Source of the DNA: Cenococcum geophilum
Lineage: Eukaryota
Assembly (NCBI GenBank): GCA_050273025.1
Contig: CP158635.1
Location: 22,754,001 to 22,818,000, forward strand
Reading direction: 5' to 3'
Length of the DNA: 64,000 nucleotides
Part shown: positions 48,543 to 61,946 of the stretch, one piece after another
Layout: each line of letters begins with the position of its first letter
Position numbering within the stretch: position 1 is the stretch's first letter
Program-made: the position numbers and the translations under genes
The notes under the pieces: generated by a model
What the model was told of the DNA's origin: nothing
The model's database searches: none
What the model saw: the letters and a program-made list of their open reading frames with translations, nothing else

Positions 48543-51253
48543 CTAATAAAGGTAAATCTTATAGTAAAGCTAAAGGAAAAGCTTAATTTAATAACACTAT
48601 TACTCTTTAATGGATATATCCTCTCCCTAAATAAGGATTCTATTGCTTTACGCCAAAAGGTTAAGGTAAGAAGATTAATATTATTAATATTAATTCTCTA
48701 AAGTAAGAATATATAGAGTAACGCGCTTATAGAGCTTATATTATTTTTATCTATTAACCTAAGGCTTTATTTAATCTCTTTATTGCCGCCTAATACTAGG
48801 AACTAACTAAGGATAACATTCTTACCCTAAATAAATATCTTTTCTGGTAAATAAACTATCTTAATTAGGGACTACTTTATATACCTATTAATCTTCCTAC
48901 CGCTAAGCTCTTTATATTTATTAATAGATTATTTATAAATAATAAAGATTTTAGCTTTTAGCTAAGATATAAGATTATTATTATAAATAAATTTACTGGA
49001 GAGAATAACTTTATAATCTACAGTAATTTTATTTATTAAAGCTTAACTAAGAGTAAACGTGTTATTTAAAGCGTTTTAGTGTCGGAGATATATAGAATAG
49101 TTAGTAGAGTTAATATAGTAATTGCAATTGGAACTACCCTAAAAATAATTATAGATCGACTTAAACTTCCTATTATCCCTATAATTATATATACTGACTT
49201 ATATTCCCTCTATAAGTATTTAGTTAAACTTAGTACTATAAAGGAGAAGCGCCTTATAATTAATATTATAGTACTTTAGTAATCCTATAAATAATAAGAA
49301 CTCTTTAAAATTTAATAAATTAATAGCTAAGATAACCTAGTAGATGTAATAATAAAGGCAAACTTAAATAAGGCTCTAGAGACGTTTATTAATATAATAA
49401 TAATTCATTACTTAACGTCCAATTTAAATCCCTATTAGGCCCACGCGGACTACTCCTTATTTATATATAGGGAGAAAACTCAACTTAAGAAAGACTTAAC
49501 TTAAGAAAACCCCGTAATCTATCTCCCTGCCTCTTAAGACTCGCCTATAAAGCGCCTATAAGGCGCCTATAAGTTACCTATAGTACTCTTACTACCTTAC
49601 TTTTTAACCTCCTTAGGAACTACTACTGCTATAACTAGCCTACGGACGCGCTAGTATTATATACTTTACTCTACTACTATAAAGTCATTAGGGGGCGCCT
49701 ATTACTCGCCCCCCGCCCTTTATTATTATTTCCTTTATAACCTAGAACTAGTTTAGTATATTTTAGCTAATAAGCTACTAGGTAACCGCCTTAAGGCCTT
49801 TTTATATTAAAAGCAGTGTTTTATAGTTTTCTATACTAGCTACTAAGAGCATTACTTCTTAGTTAGTGCGTAAGGGGCATAATAGTATTACGTGTTTTGG
49901 TGTCTGTCTTAGCCAGCTATATTTGCATCTTAGGCTACCTACTAGGACACCCACCTAGTAGAGCTAGTCTTTTAGTCCTATTATTCCTATTCTTAAAAGC
50001 GTTGCTATTATATTTTCTACCTTTATTAGGCCTTTTTGGAGCCCTAAAGTATTTACCCCCTATAGCGTTAACTATACTACGGCTTAGGTTCCTCTTACCT
50101 CAGTTAGCCTCTATACCTTTAACTCCTATACACCTCTTTAGCATTAGTCCAGCCAGTATTGCATTACGGTAGATAGTTTCCTAGCGTTCTTTTATACTCT
50201 ACTTTAGCTCCTTTCTCTCTCTTACTATTATCCTTACTAGCCTCTTACGCGTCTTCCTTCCTCCTCTATATAGGCCTGGGCCCTAAAGCAGCACTATTCT
50301 TCTTCTACTTTCTTTACCTATTTCTCTAATATATCTTCCCTACTTTGGGGTTATTAGTTTATTCTCCTATAAGGCGCCCTAAGATCCCTCTATAGTTTAT
50401 TTAGGCGTATCTTAATATACTTTATAATATTAGAGTTGCGTTTCTTTTATGCCCTTTATATTGCAGCGGCTTTAATATATAGTTGTAGGGGGGGAATATT
50501 AGCTTCCTTCTTAAGCAGAGCTGTGGCCGTTTACTTATATCCGCCTATTATACTCCAGAGGCAGGCTGTTTGGACCTTTTGGAGTGGTTTAAGGAGCGAT
50601 TTAGGGGGGCCTTTCTCAGATTCTCCAATGGCCTAGATACACGTTTATTAATATAAATACTCTATATATATAAGTTAAAGGTTAGGTTAAAAGGGAGTAA
50701 GAGTATAATATTCTATAGACCCTAATTATAAGCTAGCTAATTAGGATTTTCTATACCCGGTATAGAAAATCGCTATTAGCTCGCTTATACTTAACGCCTC
50801 GGCGGCCCTAATATAATATCCACCCTAACTTTAAAACAACTAATTAGGATTTTCCATCCCTAGGATAGAAAATTGCTATTAGCTCGTTTATAACTAGCGC
50901 CTTAGCGGCCCTAATATAACGTCTACCTACGACCTCTTAGTAAAAGAGCATTACGTACTAAGAGGTAAATTTTAGGATAGCGAGACTTATATTATAATAG
51001 CAATAGTAAGTAAGGAGGATTTATATTTATTACGCTAGTTAAGCAGTATTTATATATAGATGGTAACTATAAAAAAAGAGTTGCTAGTGTTGGGAATAAG
51101 GTAAGCGGTTATTACGTGACGCCGCGGCACTAGCGTGGCGAGGAGTCTTAAGCTCCTCGCCCTTCCTCATTCCAATAAATAAGCTTTATTAACCAACATC
51201 ACTGTAACCTACTTAAGTAGTCGTTATTGGTGAGTCACCCTGTGTGATTAATA
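48543..51253 (+). mobile_element. Second GalEa-like Copia 3' portion (RT end, RNase H, 3' UTR, LTR 51088-51253)
   Basis: Duplicates ~47052-48542; interrupted by a LINE fragment. Confidence 0.85.
49397..50640 (-). mobile_element. 5'-truncated LINE, family A
   Basis: 15-bp TSD ACGTTTATTAATATA (49382-49396 / 50641-50655); reverse-complement homolog of ~38950-40193. Confidence 0.92.
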
Positions 51254-51749
51254 GATTATCTTCCCTCTAAACCTTTCTTAAGTTACTTTTAGAGGCGGAA
51301 ATATAATTAAATACGGGATTAAGAATGTGTAGGGAGGAACAGAAGATAGAATTAGGGAAATTTAGTCGCTTAGTAATAAAGTAAGTAATTCTTAGTAACT
51401 CTTCCCTAGTATATAGATCTACTATATTACCACCGGCTTTTCTATAAGTATATCCCATTATTAGTAGTAGCAAAAGTTAATAATTTAATATAAACCCACC
51501 CCTTATAATTCTAAGATGTATAGTTTATACTTATTTCCCAATTTTCTCCTTTCTTAAACAATTTATTTATATAATATGCTAATAGCTAAACCAGCTAAAG
51601 ACTAAGTAGATAGCTTATATAAAATGAGGAAATCTTTTCATTCTACACTCTTATTAATAAGTATATTAGTACCTATTTCTAAAGAGTTTAAGAACTCTAT
51701 ACTAAAATAACTACTATAAAGTACAACCTTAACGCTTTTGTTAGTCTTT

Positions 51750-52655
51750 AATCTGTACAAGAATTCCATATCTATATTATAATTATTACTAAAAGTTCCT
51801 ACGGAACTTCTACCTGTATTAGATTAATTAAAAAAATTTAATACCTTGTATTAATCTACTGCCTTCTTTACCAATAAATCTACCCAAGAATTTAAAAGTT
51901 AAAGATTGAAAAACTATATAATTATTACTAAACCCCCTACTAAAACTTCTTCCTGGCCCTAACCTACTTAAAAATTCAATATCTTATATAAAACCGCTAC
52001 CTTTATTAACAAATCCACTTTAGAATCTAAAGGTTAAAAAAATAGAAAGCTATATAATTATTACCAAAATCTTTACAAAAACTTCTACCTGCTTTTAATA
52101 CTTTTGGATATTTAATATTTAATCCCCTATTAGAACTTCTACCTAGTCCTAATATATTCCAAAATTTAATACCCTATATTAGGCCGCTATCTTTATTATT
52201 TAATAAATAAAATGTTACATAATTATTATTAAAATTCCTACTAAGACTTTTACCTACTCCTAACGCATTTGGAAATTCAATACGCTATATTAGGCCGCTA
52301 CCTTCCTTATTAGTAAATCCCTTATTAAGACGTCTACCTGCTTCTAACGCATTTGGAAATTTAATATACTATATTAGGCCGCTACCTTCTTTATTAGTAA
52401 ATCCCCTATTAAGACTTCTACCTGCTTCTAATATATTTAGAAATTCTATGCCTTATATTAGGCCTCTGCTTTCTTTATTAGTAAATCCCCTACTAAAACT
52501 TCTACCTAGTCCTAATGTATTCCGAAATTTAATACACTGTTCTAGGTCGCAATTATTGTTAAAATCTCTATTAAGACTTCTACCTGCCTCTAATACATTT
52601 GGAAATTCCATGCCTTGTATTAGGCCTCTACCTTCTTTATTAGCAAATCTACCTA
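51750..52655. repeat. ~84-bp degenerate tandem repeats at the Helitron 5' side
   Basis: Unit spacing 52322 to 52406 is 84 bp (28 codons, LLRLLPASNTFGNSMPCIRPLPSLL.NP). Confidence 0.8.
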
Positions 52656-55600
52656 ACTATCTAAAACTTAAAAAAAAGAAGACTAGCTATAGATATAAGA
52701 ATTTCAGAAGCTTTAAAGCTTGCTATAGGTTTATTAAAAGAAGAATTTAATCTATAAAAGAGAGCTTCCTAAAAATTCCCTCTAGAGATCTCTTACTTAT
52801 ATATTTAGTCTTCTAGTAGCGAATATAAAAATAAAATATTAATTACATCTAAGATATTGATATGCTATTCTTACAGTAGCTTTACTATAATAGAGAATAT
52901 CTATAAAATTAATAATTAAGATAATTTAATTCTAGAATAATAAAATTCCTTTAATTAATGCGGCTACTATAAACGCTTCTAGTATTTCTATAGCGTCTAC
53001 TATATAGCACTTATATATTAGACTATTCCCAAGTTCTCTATAGCAAATTTCGTTAATATAATAATGTATCAACATTACCTATATATATTAGAAAATCTTA
53101 CGGTTGTTAAAGAGTGTCTTATCGCAAAATGCTATCCTATTAGCACTATCCTTAAATTGCAACCTGGTGGCTACTTAACCCTAGCTAACTACAATGCTTT
53201 ATAGGGTTAGATAATTGTTATACTCTAAGACCCCAGACCCCTCCTTTAGATCCTTATTAGCCCTAAGCTAAAACTAAACAATTTAATTAAAGTTTTTTGG
53301 CTAGGTAAACACCCTCTAACTAATAAAGATCTAAAGCCGTTCTTACAAGTTTAAAAAGATAAAGTTTTAATAGTATTGCATTATCTTATTTAATATAATT
53401 ACTTTTATTATCACCTTACTATTAACTATATAATAATAAAAAATTGGCCTTACAACTTTATCCTATATAAGATTACTAACAATATTATCTACCTTATAAA
53501 CCCAGATCATTACGAACGTAAAGGATATACCATTAGCTTAGAAACCGGAAACTATAAAAATAACCTATAGGTTACGCAAGATAAAGCTTTTTATATTAAT
53601 AAGAACGATCTATTAATAATAGGCTCTATTTATACTAATATTAATAGAGAACGGACTAATCTAAACATTTAGATAATAGATACCTTACTAGAACTAGTAA
53701 CTAATAGTTCTTCTTAACCTAACAAAACAATACTAGGTATAGAGGATAAGTATTAGTAAAGGTAAAGAAATATACCACTAATCTCTTACGCTATTTGTGG
53801 CTAGGCTACCCTAGTAAGTAGTTAAGAAGACCCTAGTTACTTTATAGGTGCTTTCCCAACCTTATTTCTAATAGGCGTTAGCAACTACCTAGACTAAAGA
53901 CTAATAGAGATATCTTTTAAGGCTTTCGCATAGTGGGCATTAAACCACTATAGTAGAAGGTTTTTACTTCTGTTAAATATAATAAAACTTAGTTAACTTA
54001 TATAGGTTTGCTCGCTATAAAACGTTTATATACCTTCTCTACGATATAATACTACTACGCTAATTGTCTATAGGATATAAACGTCTTATTAAACGGCAAA
54101 ACTAGAAGTTAACTAAGGATAATATAGCATCTCTAATATCTAAATAACTTTAGGACGCTGTAAAGGTAATTGCTAATAAATAAATTATTAACAATCTGGT
54201 AATTTAGAGGCTTTAATATAACCTTATAATAATTAAAAGATAAGTACTATAATCATTTTCCTAAAAGCTAATAATGCGATTAAAAATAAAGGGTATTATT
54301 AGGCAATTTGGAATACCTATATTTTAGATAATAATTAATTTATTAGACTTATAAAAACCCCTTATCTTAATACTAGCCGGAGTTAAGCTTTTTAAAGATT
54401 CCCTCCCTATAGCTAATACACCAATTTAACTTATAATAGTAACCTCCAACCTAGTAGCTGTCGCTTAGTTTTTTTTATACCTATAAAGCCGTATTTAACG
54501 GCCTTCTTTACTCTTTAACTACCTAAATTGGAATTCTTAGACAAGTTACAAATTACTTTAGTGTTGTTAAGACGAATGGTTATGGCATGCTATATCTCCA
54601 TATATTAGTATAGCTGGCCGGCAACCTTACCTTTAATACTTTATAATACTAGCTTCTAGAAGACAATAAATTCGCTATTTAGATAATACATTACCTAAAA
54701 ACAATTATTATATAAAGTATAAACCTTAATTATAATACTTTTGCTAAAACTAACTAACTAAATATACTACCTTTAGTAAAGGCCTAAGAAATAGATAAAG
54801 AATTCTATAGTAAACTATTAATTAATAGTAATACTATTGCTTATAAAACACAATTTTATTTATCTAAGTATAATGCTATATGTTTTAAATATGGTAAAAA
54901 TAACTAGGGTAAAAAAGTTTACAGATTTAGTATGCTATAAGACCTTCTCGCCGACTCGGAAATTAATAAGCTAGGTATAATCTACCTTGCTTATAACCAT
55001 AGTTAGGTTAACCTATAAAACCCTACTATTATAAGTTACATTCACTTAAATTATAATATTTTTTGGATTTCTATAGTTATAAAGTGTCTATACCTTATCT
55101 ACTACCTTATAAACTACGTAATAAAGGATAATATTTCTCCGCACCAAGTTTTACTTAAGGCAGTATTGTTAAAACAGTCTATTAAAAAGGTAATAACTAC
55201 TTTAAACCTAAATACTATAGATCTACGGTTTTAGAAAAAGGGCATGGATTAGTTTAAACTTTAATGCTATAACACCCTTTCTTAGGATTAAGAGATTAGC
55301 AGTATATAAATCGCAAGCTCTTTACTTTAGCTACCTGCATACTATATAGCAAATTATAATTTTGTATAAATTAATATTTAGTAGCTAAGATAATATATAT
55401 ATATAGCTATAGAACCCTTTAAATTATAACCCAATACTTCTTCTAAGTCTATAGATAAAGAGTAATATACTTTTTACGCTGCTAATATAGCTCCTATAAA
55501 CCGCTTTAATAACTATAAATGGCCTAGCCCGGACCTAGCGTAACTCACTTTCTTTAAATACTATATATTAGTATAAACTAAGAAAAGAGATAACGCAATT

Positions 55601-55901
55601 ACTTCTAATATAGATTTTAACTATAAATATCTAATAAGTGCTATATATGTCTAGCAACTAGCTTATAAACACTCTTAGATTATAACAGTCCATTTTAATA
55701 GATAACTTTCTTAATTTTAATCTAAGGAAGAGAGTATTTAAGGAGGTTATCCAACTATAAATGCGATTAAGAATAATCTTACTAAAGTACTATTAGGGTT
55801 GTTTTTGCTATAGGACTAACTACCGTCCCTATTTTAATAATATATATCTAAATATAAAACAAAATAAGATGCCTGCTTTAAGATATAGAATATAATTAAA
55901 C

Positions 55902-56347
55902 TGTAAGAGTATATATATTAGGTCCCGCCGCGCTTACGACAAGTTCGCAAGCACTCTTAGTCTTTTTGGCCGTATGGCGACATAGAGGCGGGCCATATTA
56001 TAATTATGCTTGCGAACTTACTAGGGCCAGGTGTCGTAGGTTTAATCCCCATTAGTTACTTCGCTCTAGTATAGTCTAACGCGCATCCGTATAATAAGGC
56101 GTTGGTAGAGATTTTAATTGCTTATGTTACTGGGGACTAACTAATATAGTGATACTCTTAGCGTTTAATCCCTGTGGAGGCCTAAATGGGCGCATAGAGG
56201 AATCCCTGCAAGCGCTCGGGGACGAGCGCGCAGAGGAGAGGGCAATTGTAAGAGTATATATATTAGGTCCCGCCGCGCTTGCGACAAGTTCGCAAGCACT
56301 CTCAGTCTTTTTGGCTGTATGGCGACGTGGAGGCGGGCCACGTTACA
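55902..56347 (+). mobile_element. TRIM (miniature non-coding LTR retroelement, 446 bp)
   Basis: 101-bp direct repeats 55902-56002 and 56247-56347 (TG...CA/TA); 5-bp TSD TAAAC; PPT AGAGGAGAGGG before the 3' LTR. Confidence 0.93.
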
Positions 56348-58676
56348 TAAACCTTTAATTTTATCCTATAACCAAAATTTCGCTTAGAATCTTAACCTCC
56401 TTTAAAAGTTAAGAGAAGACGCTTAACTTAATTCTGCGCTCTAATCTTAGAATTATATAGACTATGATATTAATAATATAGTGCCCAACAATCTAAATTT
56501 AAACGCTAAAGAGCCTTTAACCTTTTTATATAAGGAATACAGCTCTAAATTATTAATTACGGCCTATTATTTTATTATAACATCTTAGTATAGGGAAAGT
56601 ATTAATACTAGTAAACATATTCCTTCCTTATTCTCTAAATTAAGGCCTATTTAACTACTAAAATTATAAAACCATTCTTCTATCTATATTTACGAACACC
56701 TAAAATATACCGCTTTTAGCCTTAGATTTCTCCCTAATACTACCTTATAATAATAGGAATTACGAATTAAGAGCCTTACTACGCTTAATAATATTAATAA
56801 TATAGAAATAGAAGAGTATATCGCTTTTTAAATTAATAATTTCGACCTTAACCTTGGTAATAGTGTTTTACGCTCTACTCTAAATATAGAAGAGACTATA
56901 CTAAACTTAGCAGATTAACGATCTTAAATTAACAATAACCTTTTAGGATTAACCCTAACCATACTTATTAGTAAAATTCTCCCTCTTAATAAGAAATAAC
57001 GGCTTATTATAGAAAAAGTGCTTTCTAGAGCGCTAGCTTAGAAAGACCATCCTTATAATATATTTAAGCGCAAATAAACACTTCTCTATATTAGAGGTAA
57101 GGGTAGAGTTAGGAAAAGCCAAGTTATTAAAGCTATTATTACCGGTATGGATCTTATTCTTTATAAAGACGAGGTTATCCTTACAGCGCCTACGGGAGCT
57201 ATAGCTAATAATATTAGTGGAAATACCTACTATACTGCCTTAGGTATTAGTCTTACTAAAACGCAGAAACTAAGTATAAGCCCTTATATTACAAAACTAT
57301 AGGCCAAGAAAACAATTATAATTATTAATAAAATTAGTATAATAGACTTAAGCATACTAAGTAAGATTAATAGATAATATAAGATCGCAAAATCCCTAGA
57401 CAGAAACTTACCCAATCTCTTTAGTAGGCTACTAACTATTATATTTATGGGTGATTTTTATCAATTCCTACTTGTTAGAGGACTAGTATTATAGAAAGAA
57501 CCGAGAATAGGGAACGGCGAAGATAAAAATAGTTAAATTATTTAGCATTGGTTTATAGACGTTATTATCCTTAACAAACAAATAAGGTAGGTATAGGATC
57601 CTATATTTTAAGACTTACTATATTAAGCGAGAGGCGGCGCCTTTACTAAAGAGGATCTCGCTTTATTAAATAAGAAAGTTACTAAGTCACTCTTTATACC
57701 GGAATTAAAAAATATAATTACTATTATTAAATTAAACGTATATTAATATTATATTAACCACATTTAAATAAAGCACTTTACTTAATCTTAATCTTAGAAA
57801 ATATATATCTTCCTAGCGTAGCACACTAGGATTATATCTATATCCACTTTATTTCTTACCATAGAAGACTTACTATAATAAATAGATTAAGGTACTAGCG
57901 TCCTATTTTAAGGACTCTTCTCTTACATATTAGGAATGCCTACAATAATTCTCACTAATATTTATATACTTCTAGGACATATAGATAGAACATGTGGAAT
58001 TGCTTTAGGTATTATTATTAACCCTATTAGTATATCTTTACGTATATGTTATTTAATATATAACTAACCTTATAACTCTAACAAAGTTCTTTAAAATAGA
58101 TAATTTATATATCTTATGCACTAAGCCGCTAATATATATTTTATTCCAACAAAATAACTTAAAACACACTATATTTAAAGATTTTGAACCTAACATCACC
58201 CCTATTTTCCCTATAACAAGGTTAATTAAAATTAAAGGATATTCTATACGAAGGAAGTAGGTTCTAATATGTCTTATATTTAATATAACAGATTATAAAG
58301 TCTAAGAATTAACGCTTATAACTACTGTACTTAACCTTAAAAATAACCTAACTACTAAAGGTTAAGATAAGCATAAAAAATTTTGCTCTGGATATATACA
58401 GCTATTACAACTTTAATCTAGAATTAGGCTGTATCTTCTACAAGAGATTAATATAAACAACCTCCAATTCTACCTATATAATAGCCTACTAGCAGAAATA
58501 AAAAGACTTTATACACTTAAATAAGAGACTATAGCTATATAGACAAGAAAATAATACGTTTTAATCTACTTGTCCATTATATTGTCCATAGTTTACAATT
58601 TTGCTTTTCTTTTATAACAACATATATATAAAACTCCAGCTACTTTAGCCACTCTAGCCACAAGCTATCTTAAATC

Positions 58677-59240
58677 TTACCTCGCCAATAACGCGCAGAT
58701 CTTCTTATATGCCTTCCAATCCGCTTTCTAATACTCCTTCCTATGATACGCCACGACCTTGCACTACGCACACTTTATGGCCTTCGTCTCTCCACAGACT
58801 CCATACAGTAAAATCTCCCGCGTATTCCCAGATCCCCTAGCACCTACTAGTACCCCTTAACTATCTACTATAATCAGCGCCATTATATCCTAAATCTGCT
58901 GCCGCATCTATATCTTATACTCACTCTTATTATATATAGGGTCAATAAATACAGTAACGAATAGCTCGTCCACAATATAAAGCCACAACACGGGTATTAG
59001 AAGGACTTTAACAGTGGGTAAACCACAGCTTTAGCATTTTAGGTTCAAGGCAGCGCGACATACGGCTTCATACTCTTACATAATGGGTTGGATTATAGTT
59101 ACAAAGTTCTTAACGTATTCCAAATTACGTTGCGTAACTTAAGCAGTGGACGTAATAAGGCTACATAGTACATTATAGACATATTTAAACTCGCCTTAGA
59201 ATTCAATATTAAAATTAAAGCGGACTAGGCAGGTTGCCAT
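58677..59240 (-). pseudogene. MYND zinc-finger protein gene inside the Helitron (RIPed)
   Basis: C-terminus reads (C)GVCGETKAIKCA.CKVVAY..KE.QKADWKA(H)KKIC, matching the zf-MYND pattern; ATG at 59240. Confidence 0.8.
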
Positions 59241-59577
59241 TTTCTTAAACGGTTTTTATTGGTGTACTAGGTAAAGGCCTAGTTATATAGTAAACGAAAT
59301 AATTGGCGTCACGCGACACGCTTAAATTTTAGCCTTAATACTAAGCGCAACCTTAATCCAAGATAGGCACTACGCGCTAAATCAGACTCTATCGACTCAG
59401 CCAGACTCAAAGAGCCCTTAGAGTGTTAATGCAGTGAAAAGGTTTACTACCTCACGCTTTATCAGCATGGTCTTAGTCCTCCCTCGCTAACTCTTAGCCT
59501 CTTTTCCTAACTAACTCTAGGCTCTCACTAGGCACACTCTCACTAATACTTAGGCCTATTTTAAAGGCCACTACTAG

Positions 59578-60335
59578 TTGCACACCCCCTAATTACTGCG
59601 CGCACACCCCCCACTAAACAGGCTTAGATCCTTCCTCTTCACGTTAGAACGTCACGTGTGTTTGACTTGTATGCATCTACATCGCGAAAATCAAAGTTTC
59701 AAAATGCAACTTTTATGACTATACCACTACAATTAAGTCTTAATTTTAACTATAGTACAACTTGTAGAGTTCAAATCAGAGCTGGAATGCGCCAAAGGAC
59801 CCCTCAGTAAAGTCGTGCTGAAAGGGTAAGGCCCCACGACCGCTGTAAGCCTGTGAAATATTGCCGCGAACATTTGGCAAGCCATCCGCAGAGGCATTTT
59901 GACTCCCACTACCATTCTCACCACCTGTAATACCACCAGTGATACCACCTACTTGCTCCTAAGTCGATCGAGTGGATTGCGCAGTGGTCTGTGAGGCAAT
60001 ACTTGGACTGATTTGGCTGCTACCGCGTCTGTTTAAGGTTTGCGCACTGCCTCTGCGGCTATGCCCGCGCCCATGCCGCCAGTTTGAGCAGAATTTTGAC
60101 ACCGCATAGCCCTGCCCTTTAACGAACCCGTTGATATCATCAAGGGCAAAGTTTGGGTAATCGTACAGGTTTAACGGAGGCAGGTTGAGAGCCATAGTAG
60201 ATGTAGGGAAAAGCATGCAAATGCGAGGTGTTGATTTGGGTGTATGGGCGCGCGACAGTTGCGCACGTACACACGTGACGCTCTAACGTGAAGAGGAAGG
60301 ATCTAAGCCTATTTGGTGGGGGGTGTACAATTATC
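59578..60335 (-). mobile_element. Non-autonomous MULE-like TIR element (internal deletion)
   Basis: ~55-bp inverted repeats 59604-59660 and 60270-60326; internal fragment LDDINGFVKGQGYAVSK resembles a fungal MULE transposase N-terminus; outer left end lost at the Helitron junction. Confidence 0.7.
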
Positions 60336-60471
60336 TACAGAAAGTCATTGGTCAAAGCGCAAATTTCACCAAAACTTACCAACTTTAGCTCTTTTTAATA
60401 ACTCTCCCTATATATTTTATAATTATAAAAATTTAATTATAGCTTAATTATAACTTAACTTTTGATAAAAT

Positions 60472-61946
60472 TGTTGGGAATAAAGGCAAGTGGTCACTAT
60501 ATAAGGCAAATTGCCATTACGGGTGGCAAGTTGCCGTTACGTACGGCAAGTTGCCGTCACGTGTCGCCGCGGCAGTAGCGTGGCGAGGAGCCTTAAGCTC
60601 CTTGCCCTCCCTAATATATACAAGAATAACAATTATTATACTATCTACGAACCGTAGCTATATGATATCCCCTTATGTAACCAATACTAATTAGTAGTTA
60701 ACTTTACTGTTATACTATAGAATAGCTAGGTATTCCACTAAGAAGAGACGAGCTACTATACTAGTGCTACTCGTGCTAGAGGAAGCTGTCTTTTAAGGTT
60801 AGAACTGGTTCTAAATTTTAAATAGAACTCTTCTACAAATCTAAGGATTTAAAGGCTAGAACTGGTCCTAAGCCTTTTTAAGATTATAGATTCTTATATC
60901 TATTACGTAGAATAATATACTTTATAAGTCTTTACGATTTAAGGCTAGAACTGGTTTTAAGCCCTATAATCACAAATATACGTTATAAACGCGTACTAAA
61001 TAATAAACGCGTATTAAATAATAAATATATATTACAAACGCGTACTAAACAATAATCCCTATACTAATAACACTTCCCTCCCTCTAAAAATATGGCTACG
61101 CCTACTTTAAATAACTAGAAAGACTTCTTACTACTAGGGGTAGCTAAGTACGCAAAACTTATTAATAAAGATTAGGATGAATTTGCCTTTAATATAATAA
61201 CTTATACCATAAAATAAGTTAACAGCTTTCTTCTATACTATATTATATTTTACTAAAATAGATACTACGCCGACTTATAACTATAGGAGGATTTTAAGGA
61301 GGATTTTATAAAATAGACTGCTAATACCTAGGTACTTAGCAACATTAATATTATTTAGGACTTTTAAGACTTTCTCTATAGGAATGGGGTATATATTACT
61401 AAGAACGGTAACCTAATTACTAGTAATATTTAGGCCGTTATTACTAGTATAAAAGAACTAATATAGACAGAAGCTAAGATTATATATTAACTACAGAAAC
61501 CTAAAAACAACCCATATTCTTTAGAAGGTAACTTTAATTTATATTAAAACCCCTAGAACGCTAACCCCTTACCTAAAACTACTCTCCTACCTAGAGGTGC
61601 TCTCCTACTTAGAGTTACTCCGCCTCTACCTCCTCTACTCTAGCTAACTAGTAAGCCTTTACTATAAGAAGTTATAAATCTAATAAAGGTATATTCGGAT
61701 AAAGAGAAGAAGTTTAGAGAAGAACTATATAATATGCTCGGAGCAAAACTATAGGTCTTTTATAACTGTTATAATAAGGTTAGAATTTAACGCTACTAAT
61801 ATTATTACGCTTTCTCTATTATATTAAAGGGACAAGCGGTAATATTCTATTACGACTATATTATAGGTAAAAACTATAACTTTAATATAATGCTTTAGCT
61901 TACTAGAGCCTATTTTAAGATTAATAAGAATTACTAACTTTATATA
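60472..61946 (+). mobile_element. GalEa-like Copia subfamily: 5' LTR (60472-60686) plus gag start
   Basis: LTR homologous to 48335-48542 in its 5' half; RIPed palindrome ACTAATTAGT after the LTR; gag-like EKKF.GELY..L..KL.VF..CC. Confidence 0.8.

Larger units (their letters stand above)
51254..59577 (+). mobile_element. Helitron (Rep/PIF1 helicase), RIPed, 5' end not seen
   Basis: De-RIPed YF.GAFPTLFP.G, Rep motif YFGVVETNGRGMLHLH.LVWL (~54555-54615), and helicase motifs GEGGVGKSQVI, APTGA.A, IIDEISM, FGGLP...MGDFYQFPPV, TDYKVQ, YVQLSR. 3' hairpin GGCCT-N7-AGGCC followed by CTAG|T at 59577. Confidence 0.9.
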
